Positions 44,101 through 56,800 of a stretch of DNA of 64,000 bases are shown in pieces. The notes below the pieces were generated by a model. The model was not told where the DNA came from. It saw only the letters and a program-made list of their open reading frames with translations, and searched no databases. This DNA comes from Balanoglossus misakiensis (taxonomy: Eukaryota; Animalia; Hemichordata): contig CM082583.2 in the NCBI GenBank assembly GCA_040954595.2, forward strand, positions 4,207,374-4,271,373. Reading direction: 5' to 3'. Numbering within the stretch: the first letter of the stretch is position 1; each line of letters starts with the position of its first letter. The position numbers and the translations under genes are program-made.

Positions 44101-45177
44101 CGTTCGCCATGACTTTCGAATTCACGCACACCGATTGTTTTGGCATCAATGGATTTGATCAAAACAGCATTCATAGTGGAAATAAAACCTGGAGAAAAAT
44201 GGATCGATCTAACATCATGGTTCACCAACCCACACATTAGAAGTTGCTCCGCCGAAACCAATTAAAAATGTCTGCATTTCGATTCAAATGTCCGAAACAC
44301 TGGCCTTGCAGACATTATGTATTAAATATAAGTATACATGAACCAGTGCTTTATTTTGTTGCCTGCGTTTTACAAGAAAAACTTCAATGTAAAAGATGGG
44401 CATTTCAGATCACTGTTTATTATCCTTGTAGTACTATATTTTAAGTAGAAGATAGAAGATTGAATCGATGCAATTCTTTCTCATATATCATATACATGTA
44501 CGATAAATGAAAGAGATGTACATGTATGTTTGTTAAATTAATTGTCAACTTACCACAAGAAACATCATTATAAATACTACCTGTAAATGAACAGCCTGAC
44601 TGTTTAACATTCAAAGAGTAATTTTATGGCATTCTGAAACAATGTTTATCAATTGATCGATCAATTGGTTTTTGAAAGACACTGACTGAACGCCTGGTAA
44701 GCAAATAAGAAAATTTGTTATGAAAAGGTTAGACGCGGTTTCTGTGAAATTCTTTATTTTTCAAGATCGCAAACATAGATAAAAAAAAGTGTTCGGCGAC
44801 ATTTCTTGTTAAATATATCGGTATAAAATTAAATTAGTTGAAACGTTCTAACACATATAAACCTGCCGCAAATTCTGCGATCTGAAATTGATAAGTTGCA
44901 ACGCCATACAAGTACATGTACAACATATAAGAGTTTGTCTCTGTTGTCGGTTCCATGGCAGGTCAGTACACGGGAATAATTGATCATTGCAGCTCAAAGT
45001 CGACGTCTTCTGAATCCGATTGACAGTAAGTGGACCACGCAACATGTGTCAGGCAATGTTGAACGCTTTCAAGTTCAAGTGCATGCGCTTACTTGCCTTG
45101 AAATTGTAAAAATTGTCGTTCACGCACACAAAATGTTACGGTGATACGAAAACGAGTGTGGCCTGCCTGGATGACGT

Positions 45178-45681
45178 CTACTCACGGTACACGGCGTACA
45201 CAGTCGCTGCACAAAACAATGAGCCGTTATGAAAAGATGCCGTCACAAAGTCGTCCTGTTCGCTGTTCCACAAGAACTGGCTGCCGATCATGACCTGCTG
45301 GTCACGTTTCTCCCCGAGGCAGACATGACATATCAGGCGGTATCTCTGCAGACCGAGAACAGTCTTGGCGTGTGATTTGATCTCCTCGCTCAATTTTCGG
45401 CAGGCGACGCTGCAGTCGCGGCAGTCGTAGCTCTTGCCCGACAGTTGGCGTTGCAGATACAGGTCCATCCAGGCTCGCAGAGAGTCCCGTCTCTCGGCAA
45501 ATTTCACACTCGGTTCCATCCTGTAGGTCGGCTGCATGACGACCTGCGGGCGGCTAATTTGAGATCTCTTCAGCGATTCCTGCCGCCGTCGCCATCGTTT
45601 GGTCCATCGTTTGGCAGCCAGGACACTGGTTATAGGTACCATGATTCCAACAGCCGCTCTTTCCTTCTCTTTGTTCTCCAT
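45178..45681 (-). CDS. Tctex1 domain-containing dynein light chain (TCTEX1D/DYNLT4-5-like), single coding exon, ~167 aa
   Basis: PTYRMEP..KF, L..YD...C..LSEEIK, RYRLICHVCLGE..DQ.V.IGSQFLW...DDF...F.NGSLF..ATVYAVYRE; first ATG at 45681. Confidence 0.92.
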   Translation of the reverse strand: MENKEKERAAVGIMVPITSVLAAKRWTKRWRRRQESLKRSQISRPQVVMQPTYRMEPSVKFAERRDSLRAWMDLYLQRQLSGKSYDCRDCSVACRKLSEEIKSHAKTVLGLQRYRLICHVCLGEKRDQQVMIGSQFLWNSEQDDFVTASFHNGSLFCAATVYAVYRE

Positions 45682-45874
45682 TTTGGGGGGAAGGGGGAGG
45701 ACTCCGCAATACCCTTGTGTTCTGTCGACTGTTAGAGTGGTCGCACTAGTAAAAAAAATACACACCGTATCTATTAAACGGTTGCCTGAGCTGCTCCCTC
45801 AAGTCGGCGCAAAGGAAAGCGATGCGTGTTCGCGTACATGTGCAAGGGGATCAATATTTTGACTGACAGCTTCC

Positions 45875-45888
45875 GTTTCCTTGGCTAC
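45875..45888 (-). promoter_or_regulatory. Candidate RFX X-box upstream of the Tctex1-domain gene
   Basis: GTAGCC-AA-GGAAAC on the minus strand, ~200 bp upstream of the ATG; a second X-box-like GTAACT-AT-GGCAAC at 43970-43983. Confidence 0.45.
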
Positions 45889-48687
45889 GACCATTGACAG
45901 ACGCCGTAGCTGCTTGCAGCGGACGGCAATGGGGTGTCAATGAAAGGGACCGTTTCTTCAGTCTGAGTCAAGAGTCAAGGAGGAGTAGCGTGTACTGAGC
46001 AATATCACACGTTTTGGACAATTGTACAACAATGACCAAGGCGCTCGGAGTACACGGGGGACACCCGTTATACAAGGGCAATTAGTCGACGTGGAAATGT
46101 GTTTTTTCCCTATTAAATATCAAAACAAAGAGAACGGGCGTGTTATCAGGGTCGTTGCGCACTTCGGAATGCTTTGTCTTTTGGTTTTCAATTTGGATGC
46201 ATGTATTGAAGGGAGTCAATAGGATGAATGGGTACTCTGTCCTGGTGTTGGGAACCAAGTGTCAGCCTTTGAGTAAAACAAATAAAGATGCAGTGAATTA
46301 ATTAAAGTCGCTCTTCCAAATCATCGGTTCTCGCAAACTGTTGGTAACATGGCCACCCGACCTCATAGGGTATATAGGTATATTGTATATATGTAGGAAA
46401 TATTTTTACTATATTTTACGCAGTAATCATGTTGGACTGTGTGACATAATAAAATCACGCTTGAATTCTAACCTTTTAACACATTTCGTGAGATTGATCT
46501 CTCAAATAGAAAAAAAGCGTTTAGGTCGGGGGTTTGGTCTTGGGTACGTCGGGTTACAAAACATACGTTCTTCTTCTTACAGTGAAAGTGTCAGTTGCTC
46601 CTTGAAATTTTTCAATCATTTATTGTCCGTGTAATTCATAATCTAGTGAACAGAATTCCTTTTAGATAAGTCTGATACCTTCGCCTCATGAAATCTGCAG
46701 TTTGCGAAATCAGCGTGTTGGCACAATCAAACGGCAAATATTGATTTAACTGTCTGGTTTCAGAGGGCAGACGTGCTTTTTGTTCGCCGTTGAGAAGATG
46801 TGAACGCTTTTCAATTCGATGTGTGTTTGTTTTCTCCTGTTATCGAACACCTCCCTGACCGTCCGTGGCGTCATATTACCTTCACAGTGCTGGCAATGTT
46901 GGTAAAGGGAGCATGCACTCGCATTTTAACAAGATGGGATGGGCTGAGGCTCATGGTAAAAAGGTTAAAGGTATAGACTTATAGAGTCACCTATGTGAAA
47001 TTTAGTCTTAGTTACCATGGAAGCCGGTGGAGATCTAGTCCATCGCAGATTTTCAGTGGTTGGCCACGCGGAAAAAAATGTGGCCACCACATTGTCATTC
47101 GAAAACTTAGAAGCTTGGGGAGACTGTCGTGTTGGAAAAAATTGGAATGTAGCTGAAGTTCAAAGGGGAGTACGACCTTCAGATCTTGCGCCCCCCCCCC
47201 CCCCCCCCCCCTGTTGGCATTTGAGCATAAATGCAACGATGATAACTTAGGCCTAAATAATGAAATACCAGACTCAAATTTAACGTTGGTAAATATTAGA
47301 AACTAGCATGACAAAACACTGTCATCTTAGGTCGTGCAACTACTTAATATGTAGGTATAAATTGATTTTGAGATCACGTACTGAAAAGCCTGATAAAATT
47401 TTGAATTTACGCATGAATGTCGTCAGAGGGCGCTCGCACACAACTAGTTACCAGCCCCTGCAGGGTTAGTATTCAGAGCTGTTTCGTCCAAAACCGGGCT
47501 TACTGTCACAAAACGCCTCATAGCAACCAAAATAGATAACATTAAATAGAATGGGGGGTATGATCCCGTTAAAAATACACAAGGGGGAATTAACACATAA
47601 TGTTCTTCTTGTATGAAGCTGGTTGTGCCATGCAGGTATCACATAGGTACCTCAATGGTTGTGCTGTCTTGAATAGGAATTTCGGTCTTATTCAACATAG
47701 TCAAATGTTGATGGATTTTGTTTGACAGAAACTTTGACTCGTACATCGAAGTAGGCATAGTATAATAAAGGAAGGGTCTCCAAAATTACCGCTTTTCCGT
47801 AACCAGTTGGTAGAAGACCAAGAGTCCCCTTGCAACGATGATTTCAGGCAGTCTACTGTCTACATGTAGTTGTTATGGCTTGTAACCGGAGTACGATGAG
47901 GAGTGTTTTTCATTCAACTCCACCAAAGCACAAGCATATTTTGCTTGACGCCCGGACTTCAGCTTCGGGCGGGTTAGTTCCATGTTTAATGTTGGAAATA
48001 ACTTTCATCCAATCACAATACCCGTATTTATTGACCAATGAGAGCCATATTTACAATATCCAATAGGCTTAGGCTACCCGACCCTTTCGTTTTAGCGCGG
48101 CGCAGCCAGCGGTGGGAATGAGGTAAGGGACCTAAGTACGTCACTCAGGAAGCCGCTATGCGACTAACAACACTGAGAATGAAACTAGATGGGAAGGAAC
48201 AGAGTAAAGAGGGTGGTTGATAAACAAGGAGAGTGGGAAAAGGAAAGGCGGGTCTGATCTGCTAAAACCCTCCAGGGATAAGACAGAATTTACCACTGCT
48301 GCATGCTGTGTGAAGTTGGGTGAATATTAAAGCGTACGATATATACTTCAAAGAAAACATGGATATATGTGTGGACAACATAGTGGATATAATAAGTTGT
48401 AAATCTCAAAAAGAAATGGAGAAAGTAACCCGGTGAAATGGGGAAAGTAGATATGCAACTCTTCTTTTCCGGCCAAGTTTGCTTTGATGAAATGTGTGAT
48501 GTAGAAGTCTCTGGCCAGCAGAAATTAGGGAACGTGTCGAGTGACTTAGCGTACGACATACAAGGTGGTGGCCTGGCAAAGATAATACTTTCACAATAAT
48601 CACATGCGAAAATGTTATCGATTTAGCATATATATATAGCAGACGAACTTGCTCAGTCAGGTGATCGATCGAAAAGTCTCCCCTACT

Positions 48688-48743
48688 TGCGCATGCGCTC
48701 ACGCGTGTCTCCGTGTGACCTTTGCACCGACAACAGCCATCTT
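48688..48743 (+). promoter_or_regulatory. NRF1 site and YY1-like site at the SLC25A46 promoter
   Basis: TGCGCATGCGC (48688-48698) and GCCATCTT (48736-48743) in a CpG-rich stretch just before ATG 48761. Confidence 0.6.
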
Positions 48744-48760
48744 TGGTGGGTTTTCAGGGC

Positions 48761-51700
48761 ATGGTGTTGAAGAGACTTCCTGGAATCGAGCAAGATTCAA
48801 TGATGGAATATGCCGACAAGTATAACTCTGATGTCGGCGATGATCCCGTTGGTGAAGCCCAAGAACACGTTATGGCAGCCGTCCAGAGGGGTGCGCCTAA
48901 GCAACACGAAGTGGGTAAGTTCACGAGGGGTTACCGGGGTTCACGACTGGCTTGCCCGGTGTCATCGCAGCCAGCCCGAGTTTTTTTCCTGTACTTGGAT
49001 GTAGGTGCGACAATAAAAACAAAACTGACGTCGTACCAACATCCAGTACCAGACCTCGAGCTACGGTATTACTGGCGGTTAGTCCCGTTGTCACCGGTCG
49101 CGACGCGATCGGTCTGGGCTAAGCTTCGCTCGCGCTCGTCCTCCACCGCATCCCAACCTACGTACATCCAGATTTTTGAGTATCCGTTCACGCACGGCAC
49201 GTCTCTGGGAAAGTAGTCGATCCCTGGTATTATCCATCAGAAACTTAAGTATTATAAACCTAGCTGTAGTGTTACACCCAGGTACTGCGTGTAGTCAAAT
49301 CAAACCAACCTACATGTAATATTCTTATTATACACACGACAAATGGGACCATAGTATCACTATCTGTGATAATGATCTTCTTCATGTGCCTTCTTTTTTA
49401 TATCTCTTTGTATTTGATATGTTGTTCTTTTATATATTCTACAGAACAGTGGCATCGTTATACTGGCCTTGGCATCGGGTTAGCAAGTCTCTTGTCAGAC
49501 AATATTCTATCTCATCCCTGTATTGTGCTAAGGAGACAATGTCAAGTAAGCGCATATTGATGTTTTAGTGGTCTTTTTCATTCAGCCAACTCAAGTGGAT
49601 AGCAATATTTCAGTTGAAAAAGACTTTCTGTCATTGTTATGTTACATGCACATTTTCCATGAAAGCAACATATGTTATACAAGTAACTGTTCTCTGAGTA
49701 CATTTCTGCATGTTTAATTAAGTTTTTATTTTATTTTTACATTTTATTCAGGAGTATCTGGCTTCTGAGAAAGAGCCTAAAGTTTGGTAGAAAAACAATG
49801 TATGCTATATTTCAGTTGAAATAATTTTGTGGATATTGTGTAGGTTCGTCTATTGGAATACTGATCTATGATCTGAAACATTTTATTTTCCTTTTTTTTT
49901 TCTCGGGGATAGGTGAATCAGAAGAGTGTACGTTATCATCTGACACCGTTTTCTGTCTTTCAAGTCATGATCAATTTACAGAGAGCACAAGTAAGTCGGA
50001 CACTAAAGGTGTGATTGTCGATCATAATGTACCCTGAACAGCCAGACCCATGAAGTGATATTGAACTGATCCAAGCTCTCTGGATTACCCAATGTAAATT
50101 GATTTGGAGTTGATAGCAATTTGCACAGTGAAACAGAACTTGATGTTTCTGGCAGTAGTGTTGTCATGTATGGCCACCTCTATTCAGATTGGGTCTTGCA
50201 GTAGGGCTAAGCTAGGGTGTACAACATATGCCAAGAAAAATTCAGTGAAACTGTAATATTATCATGAAAATCTCAATTCATTTAGTTTTTGCTTCAACAG
50301 TGTTTTTTTATGGAAAGAACACAGATCTTTGGATCTGTTCATCATGTTCTCGCAACACACAAGTATGTTTCTGTCCTCACTTTGTTTCAGGGTCTGTCAA
50401 CGCTATGGAAGGGCATTGGCAGCAAATTTGTAGTGCAGGGGATATGTATGTGTAGTGACGCATTCATTAGTGAAGTCACCTGGTTTCCCAGAGAAGTAAG
50501 CAGGCACAGTAAACCCAAACAGATCCTGGGTCACATCGCTTTGAAAGGAATTACTCTTCTTGTATCCATGCCCTTCTTCTCTGCAAGTCTTATAGAAACT
50601 GTCCAGGTAAGTCGTACTTACTGTAATTGTCAATGCACACATGCTTTGATCATGTTTGTGTAGTTCACAATTTCAATTGCATTAATGCAAAAATGTCTTT
50701 TAAAGAAATCAAATAGACAAATTGTTTTAATTAAAGTATTTAATTATGAAAGTGTATCTGTTCGTATATTCTTTACTATCAATCACGTGATCTGGCCATG
50801 TGACCCACGGCGTTGTCATTTTCAGATGACGGGCAAGCAATATTTCGGCATCCAGTAAAAGTTTTTCCGAGTATGTTTTTACTTTAGAACCGCCAAAGAC
50901 GTAACATGTATCAGGTATGGTGCCTCATCATCCTCATTGCATGTCATCTGCACAGTCTTTGTCTGCACCACATTGTTGAAGTTGCCCGTCATCTGGAAAT
51001 TTGAATGTCAACGTAACTGCCGTCTGAGCGTGTCTGACGTCGTTTGATATCGAAGAATTGACAACAGGGATTTTGTTTACCAAACAAAGGCGATGTTGTC
51101 TCTTGCAATAATTTATCGTCATTGATTTTAAAATGTTTTCATGTTTTGTTTTGTATCTGCAGAGTGACATAGCCAGTGAAAAACCAGGAGTATTGGACTG
51201 CCTAAAAGAAGGTTTTTCTCGATTATTCGGTTTGGGAATGCCGCAGACGCGTCGTCTTCTACCAATGTGGGCGTTAGTTGTACCGACGGTCTTACACGGA
51301 CTCCTGCACTATATACTGTCGTCGCTGATACAGCAGGTCGCGTTGGTCATATTGAATTACAGGTATAAGAAAAGAACATCGCATATACAAAGTGACGAAC
51401 AACCGCCACCGAAAACCATGGTGGAGGCGTACTATCCGCAGCTCTTTGCCAGCTTCCTGGGCCATCTGCTGACGGAGGTGGCGCTGTATCCGTTGGAGAC
51501 CGTCCTGTACAGACTCCACATCCAGGGCACCCGGACAATCATTGACAATACCGACTTCGGAACCGAGGTGGTGCCCATCGAGACGCGGTACGAGGGACTG
51601 CAGGACTGCTTCCAGAGCATCCGGGCCCAGGAAGGGAGGCTGGGCTTCTACAAAGGATTCGGTGCCTTGGTTCTGCAATACGCCCTGCACTTGGCCATCC

Positions 51701-51768
51701 TGAAGCTCACCAACGTGATCTTCATTCGCATCTCAGAGGATTTCGGTTACAAGCAGCCGAAAAGCTGA
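48761..51768 (+). CDS. SLC25A46: Mitochondrial outer membrane carrier-family protein SLC25A46, 5 exons, ~384 aa
   Basis: Exons 48761-48914, 49445-49545, 49913-49990, 50391-50606, 51163-51768. Motifs [66 protein letters not shown] match SLC25A46. Confidence 0.95.
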
Positions 51769-52272
51769 GCCGAGTGGCGGGCCTTGTATTTTTTCGCGTT
51801 CACTGCGACTTGAATATATCAGTTTAGCGTCAGCTTGCAACATTGTGTTCAACTCACAACGCATGTGTCGGCAACATTCAGCTAGAGCGGAATGTGTATC
51901 ACGCACACAGAATTTACTTTTTAGAATTTGTTCGGTCAAACTCAAGTTAATGAACTTCTGATTGGACGGGAGAGAAGTGCTTCCGAACACACACATGTGC
52001 ATGATTTAGAATTTTTAAATTTGCTGAATATTCAATGCAGTCAATGTGATAAGTTCAGCTAGTGAATGGTGAATAGACATGGCAATTATAACTTGTTTTT
52101 TTACTAAACCGTGTCCGTACATTTGGGTTTACAACTACCTGCACAAGTATATTGATATGGTGTTCTATATAGAAACCATAGTGCTATCAATCTTATCATT
52201 TGAACTGCGAATTTAAGTTTTGCCACTTAAATTCCTTATGTCTGCCAATATTTCATTCATGTATTGTATATA

Positions 52273-52278
52273 AATAAA
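52273..52278 (+). terminator. Candidate polyadenylation signal of SLC25A46
   Basis: AATAAA about 500 bp after the stop. Confidence 0.45.
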
Positions 52279-53872
52279 TGTATCATTATTGACAATTACA
52301 GGGAAGTTTCAATCAACACTGCGTCATAGAACTGGTCTGGTTAATTTGTGTCCTGGTGTATGCAATTATCACTTGTGTGTAATGTATGCACTGTACTGCC
52401 CTCTTGAGGTCATAGAAGAATGCAGACAGCGCTCCCACTGGCAGCAATAGCACATTGCTCGTATTTGCATACCCCTCCACAAACCCACTTGAAATATCTT
52501 CATGTATATCCCCCACTCCACTGAACTTGCAATGCTGTCTGTAATTCTCCCTAAATACCAACCTGTAAACACCTGTTTTGATTATTTGAGCTCAGGAAAC
52601 TATAATATAGCACAACCTTTATATGTCGGAGTTCTATATTTGTCTAATGTGCTGACCATGTTCAAGCAAAGCTAGTTTCTTTTTATATTTGACAGTTGGC
52701 ATTACACCATGCTGAATCCAGGGTTAAGGTTATAGTACCTAAGTACCAACCGCCCAACTGTGAAGAAACTTTTCCCCCCACAATTTTGTAAATTACCCAC
52801 AATTCTCTTCAGTTTGTTTCATTGATTGATATTGAACATGTTTTGTTCTATATCTCAACGCACAATATCAAGCATCTTATGCTAAATCAAATCATGAAAA
52901 ATAGGTTTAGATATAAAAGCTAAGGTTTCAAAAATTCGCTGTTAAATCAGCCTTAGAAGTCACGGGGTCTTCAGTAAATGTCCCAGGTGGAACTAGCTTC
53001 CCTGCATCTCTGGGCTCTCTCAGGCAGTATCTCCCAAACAGAACCATCCATCATGCAACAGTAAGCACAGATTACACGACATTCAAGTGTGGGCTATTTG
53101 CATTGATTACTATCATATTTTGTGGTAAAAGTGACAGGCTTGTGAAAGCATTTCCTTGGTAATCCTGAAAAATTACCTCTTCCAATCAAAATATTCCTTC
53201 TTTCAGTTGCCTACAGAGGTGACCGCTCATCGATAATGGAGGAGGCATTTTAACAAAGGAATATACAGCGCCAGCTTATCAGAATTCTCCTTTTGCCAGT
53301 TTATCATTTTGATGTACATGTACTTCATTGCCCTCAAAGTTAAGAAAGTCTAGCTGAAAACACAGAGTGCAGCCAATCTGGTATTAAGGAAATGCCTTTC
53401 AGAACTACAAAAATATCCATTACTATTCGACCGCCAACTTTAATTCTGCTGTCTGCATACACAAGTCATTTCGTGGTGTACAGAAGATTTGGTGGGCTAA
53501 TCGTGTTTCGTAGCACATTACTAATTACAAATTAAACCTCAACCAATCAATGTCAAATAATGTAAAATTTTCAAATGAACATTTCATTTATGAAATGTAA
53601 AATATGTCATGCAGTATTAATGAACTACGTCTGATTGGAAAATTCTACTAATTCTAATATCTATGTAAGTGCTTGATAACCAAAAATCAAGAGAAGTGAA
53701 ATGTACTTTTATCAAAAAGAAAATGAAAATCTTCAGATACTAATAACATTACAGTTCTACGTACAAAACATTGTTACATGATGACTTTAAATTCAAATGA
53801 ACATGAACCAAATATGCATTTAATAAACCCTCATTGAACATTAAATTTGTTTTTCAGGATCTCAAAGAGTCT

Positions 53873-56800
53873 CTATTTTGTTTGTTGGACTACTTTATGT
53901 ACAGTAGCTCTGGCGACTTTGAACGGCATGTACTTCATGAAAAAGAACCGCACAGAATCTTCGCCCACTTTGAACACTTCCATGCGCGATTGCAACTCTG
54001 TGGGTGTTCGGTAGCATGTGTATTTGGGCGTGTGGGGCGTCTTCAGATCTGTGATCACCTCTTTGATGTCATCGTCATCGTCAGGTTTTCTGACGCGCAG
54101 TGGGGGTAGACGCTCTTCGTGGCTTTCATCTGGCATTACCAGAGACGGTTTCATTTCTTTTATTTTGTCTCTTACAGAGTCGCCATCTGTGAAAGTGAAA
54201 ACACAATCAGTCATTCTGCTTGTTTTCTACAATGCGAACATCATGCTTGTGTTCCACCATGTCAATCTTATCCGTATAATAGCAAGATGATACGCTTGGG
54301 CTAAGAGCACTTAAAGGTACCGTAGTTGCCCGGGTAAGAGCCCCGGGTGCTGGGCCAACAGTTTAGCGAAAAAACAGGGGGGGGCTTTAGCCCGGATATG
54401 GCCTCGATCTACAAATGGGCCCTAAAACCAGGGGGGGCGTTTGTCCGAGCAGGGGTTCTTACCCGGGCAACTACGGTATATGGTCACCTATGGAATCATG
54501 GTAAACTTGAGATCTAGCCAATCACGAATTATCAGTGGTCGGCACACGTGAAATAGGAGCGCCACCATATGTTCTTTATAACCCTCAAATACGCCATTTC
54601 AGCCATATATTGGCATATGTAAATTGTGTTGACTGAATACCTTTAAGCTGTGAGAACATTGAATTTTTGTATTCCCATAGGACTACTGCACATTGAGTAT
54701 CGCACGAAACCTGTAACATGTACTTGCCTGAGGTGATTCCTTTGTGTGGAATGATGGAAACTGTCTTCACTGGTTCTGGTCTGTGTGTGTACACTTCAGG
54801 CGAGGGGAGATTTCCAATGAGAACAGGGGTGTCTACCTTGATGACGGTCTTGGCCAAGTTAGCCATTTTGACGATAAACTGGGGAACAGAAGTGACATAA
54901 TCCAAAGAATGCTTTAGTTGTGAAGTAGACGATGAAAGGAAGATGTAAACAGAATGCAAAAACATTGATAAGACAAACGTATTCTGGCATTTAAGGATGT
55001 ATTTATACCAGATACTGTATAACGGGTTATTTTCGCGACAGGAAATTTTCGCGATATCAAAAGAGGCAACTGTTACACAAGGACTAATTTTCGTGTTCTC
55101 GTATTTCACTAACTGCATCATTATCTCCAAAAAGCATTTTACGCGACTTTTTATTTTCAATTTTTTTTGGCTCTCACGTACTTCGCGAAAATTTATTGCT
55201 CGCGAAAATATCACGTTTTACAGTACAGTACACTGGAAAAAAAATTGAACATAATAATGCCATCTTCTGTTGTTTTTTGTTTGTTTGTTATTGCACATTA
55301 CTTACCTCCAAGTGATATTTGATTTCAATGTAATCAAATCCGTCCAGATCCGTTGGAGGCAGTGGTGGAATTTCTATATCGCCCTCTATTCTCCGAGTCA
55401 CTTCAGCTTCTAAGCCCGGACCTTTGATCAGCACCAACTCACTCTCCTCTTCCCGCAAACACAGTTTCTTTGAGGAGTCCCGTCTGTGACCATAACATGA
55501 TGCTACCTAGTATCAACAAATTGAAAGGTAAACTTGCATGTATTAGAATCTCACCCACCCCACCCCAACCCCCTCGTCAAGACATCATAACTAGACAATG
55601 GTTTAGATAGTGAGAGTACACATTACATGCTGCCAACTCGCAGAAGTACCGGTGTATTGTTACTTGCTCTCATGTCTGTCCCCCTCGCACATATTTTCAC
55701 CAGGCAACTTTAGATTATTGCATAAATGAGGATAAAAATTGGGGGTTGCTTTGCTTAAGACCTTTTGTCTATGAACAGAACTGTTTATTGGGAAACAAGG
55801 TTAAAGGTCTATATTTGTCGTCATGGGCATATCTATAGAAATAAACAATAGACCTATTGTCTGTGAACATAACTGTTTATGCGGAAACAAAAGGGGAAAC
55901 AAAGGGTGAGCCATGCACAACATATGCCCCTGTAAGTAAAAATGGTGGTACTGATATAATGATCAATGCCACGGGCTCGCCCACTAATTACACTGGCTGC
56001 CTGGCTACAACTTGGCTGCCCAGGTTTGCTGGCAGTGGTCATAAAAGTCTGACACTGAGAAAGCATCTAAAAAGGGACACTGCTGCCAGCTAGGAGTGTG
56101 AAAGTATCGAATACTAACCCTGCAAACAAAAGAATTTCACAAGCCCATGTTTTGAATTTTAAATGATTGTGAGTAGTTGTTATATTACTAGGTACCAGTA
56201 ATGTCACAGTGTTTTCCAGGAACTGGGGGACTGTATATGTAATTCCCGGTACTGTATAAACAGCCGGTTACAGCTAGCTGGGGGAATTCAGGTGAAATGA
56301 CTGGGGAATCCCCCCACCCCACCCCACCCAGTGACATACTTATGCTGGGTTTTCAAACCAGACAACAATGGTGTCGCCAATAAACTCTCTTGATATAAGT
56401 CATCATTTTTATTGGTCACTTGAACAACGAAATGACCAAACGGAAATTGCGCATACATTTGTTTTAATTTTATACAGAGATAACAACCCAGTACGCATTA
56501 CAGTCTCTGAGCCCAGAATTTCCAGCTGTCACTTTTGCAGAAACACGCCAATGTTTATTACCTGCACTAGAATGGCCTTCATCTTCTCCACTCGGTGACG
56601 ACTGTGATTGATGACATACGCCGTGTAGTGGAGCACTTCCCCGGGGACATAGCCACTTCGGTCAGTTTGAACTTTGACCTGGACTGTTTTCAGTGTCATC
56701 AGTCCCTGGGCCACTTCCACTTCCTTGCCACTTTCAACCGGAGACTGAAACGGACAACAAACACACCACAAAAGAAGTGAAGTCCGGGATTAAAACATAC

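Noticed and set aside
39400-44500. Numerous 60-170-aa ORFs (e.g. 41180-41503, 42321-42833, 43197-43616)
   Set aside because: No recognisable domain or consistent exon chain. A possible minus-strand donor at 39512 may end a 5' UTR exon of the RDEL gene, but this is unsupported.
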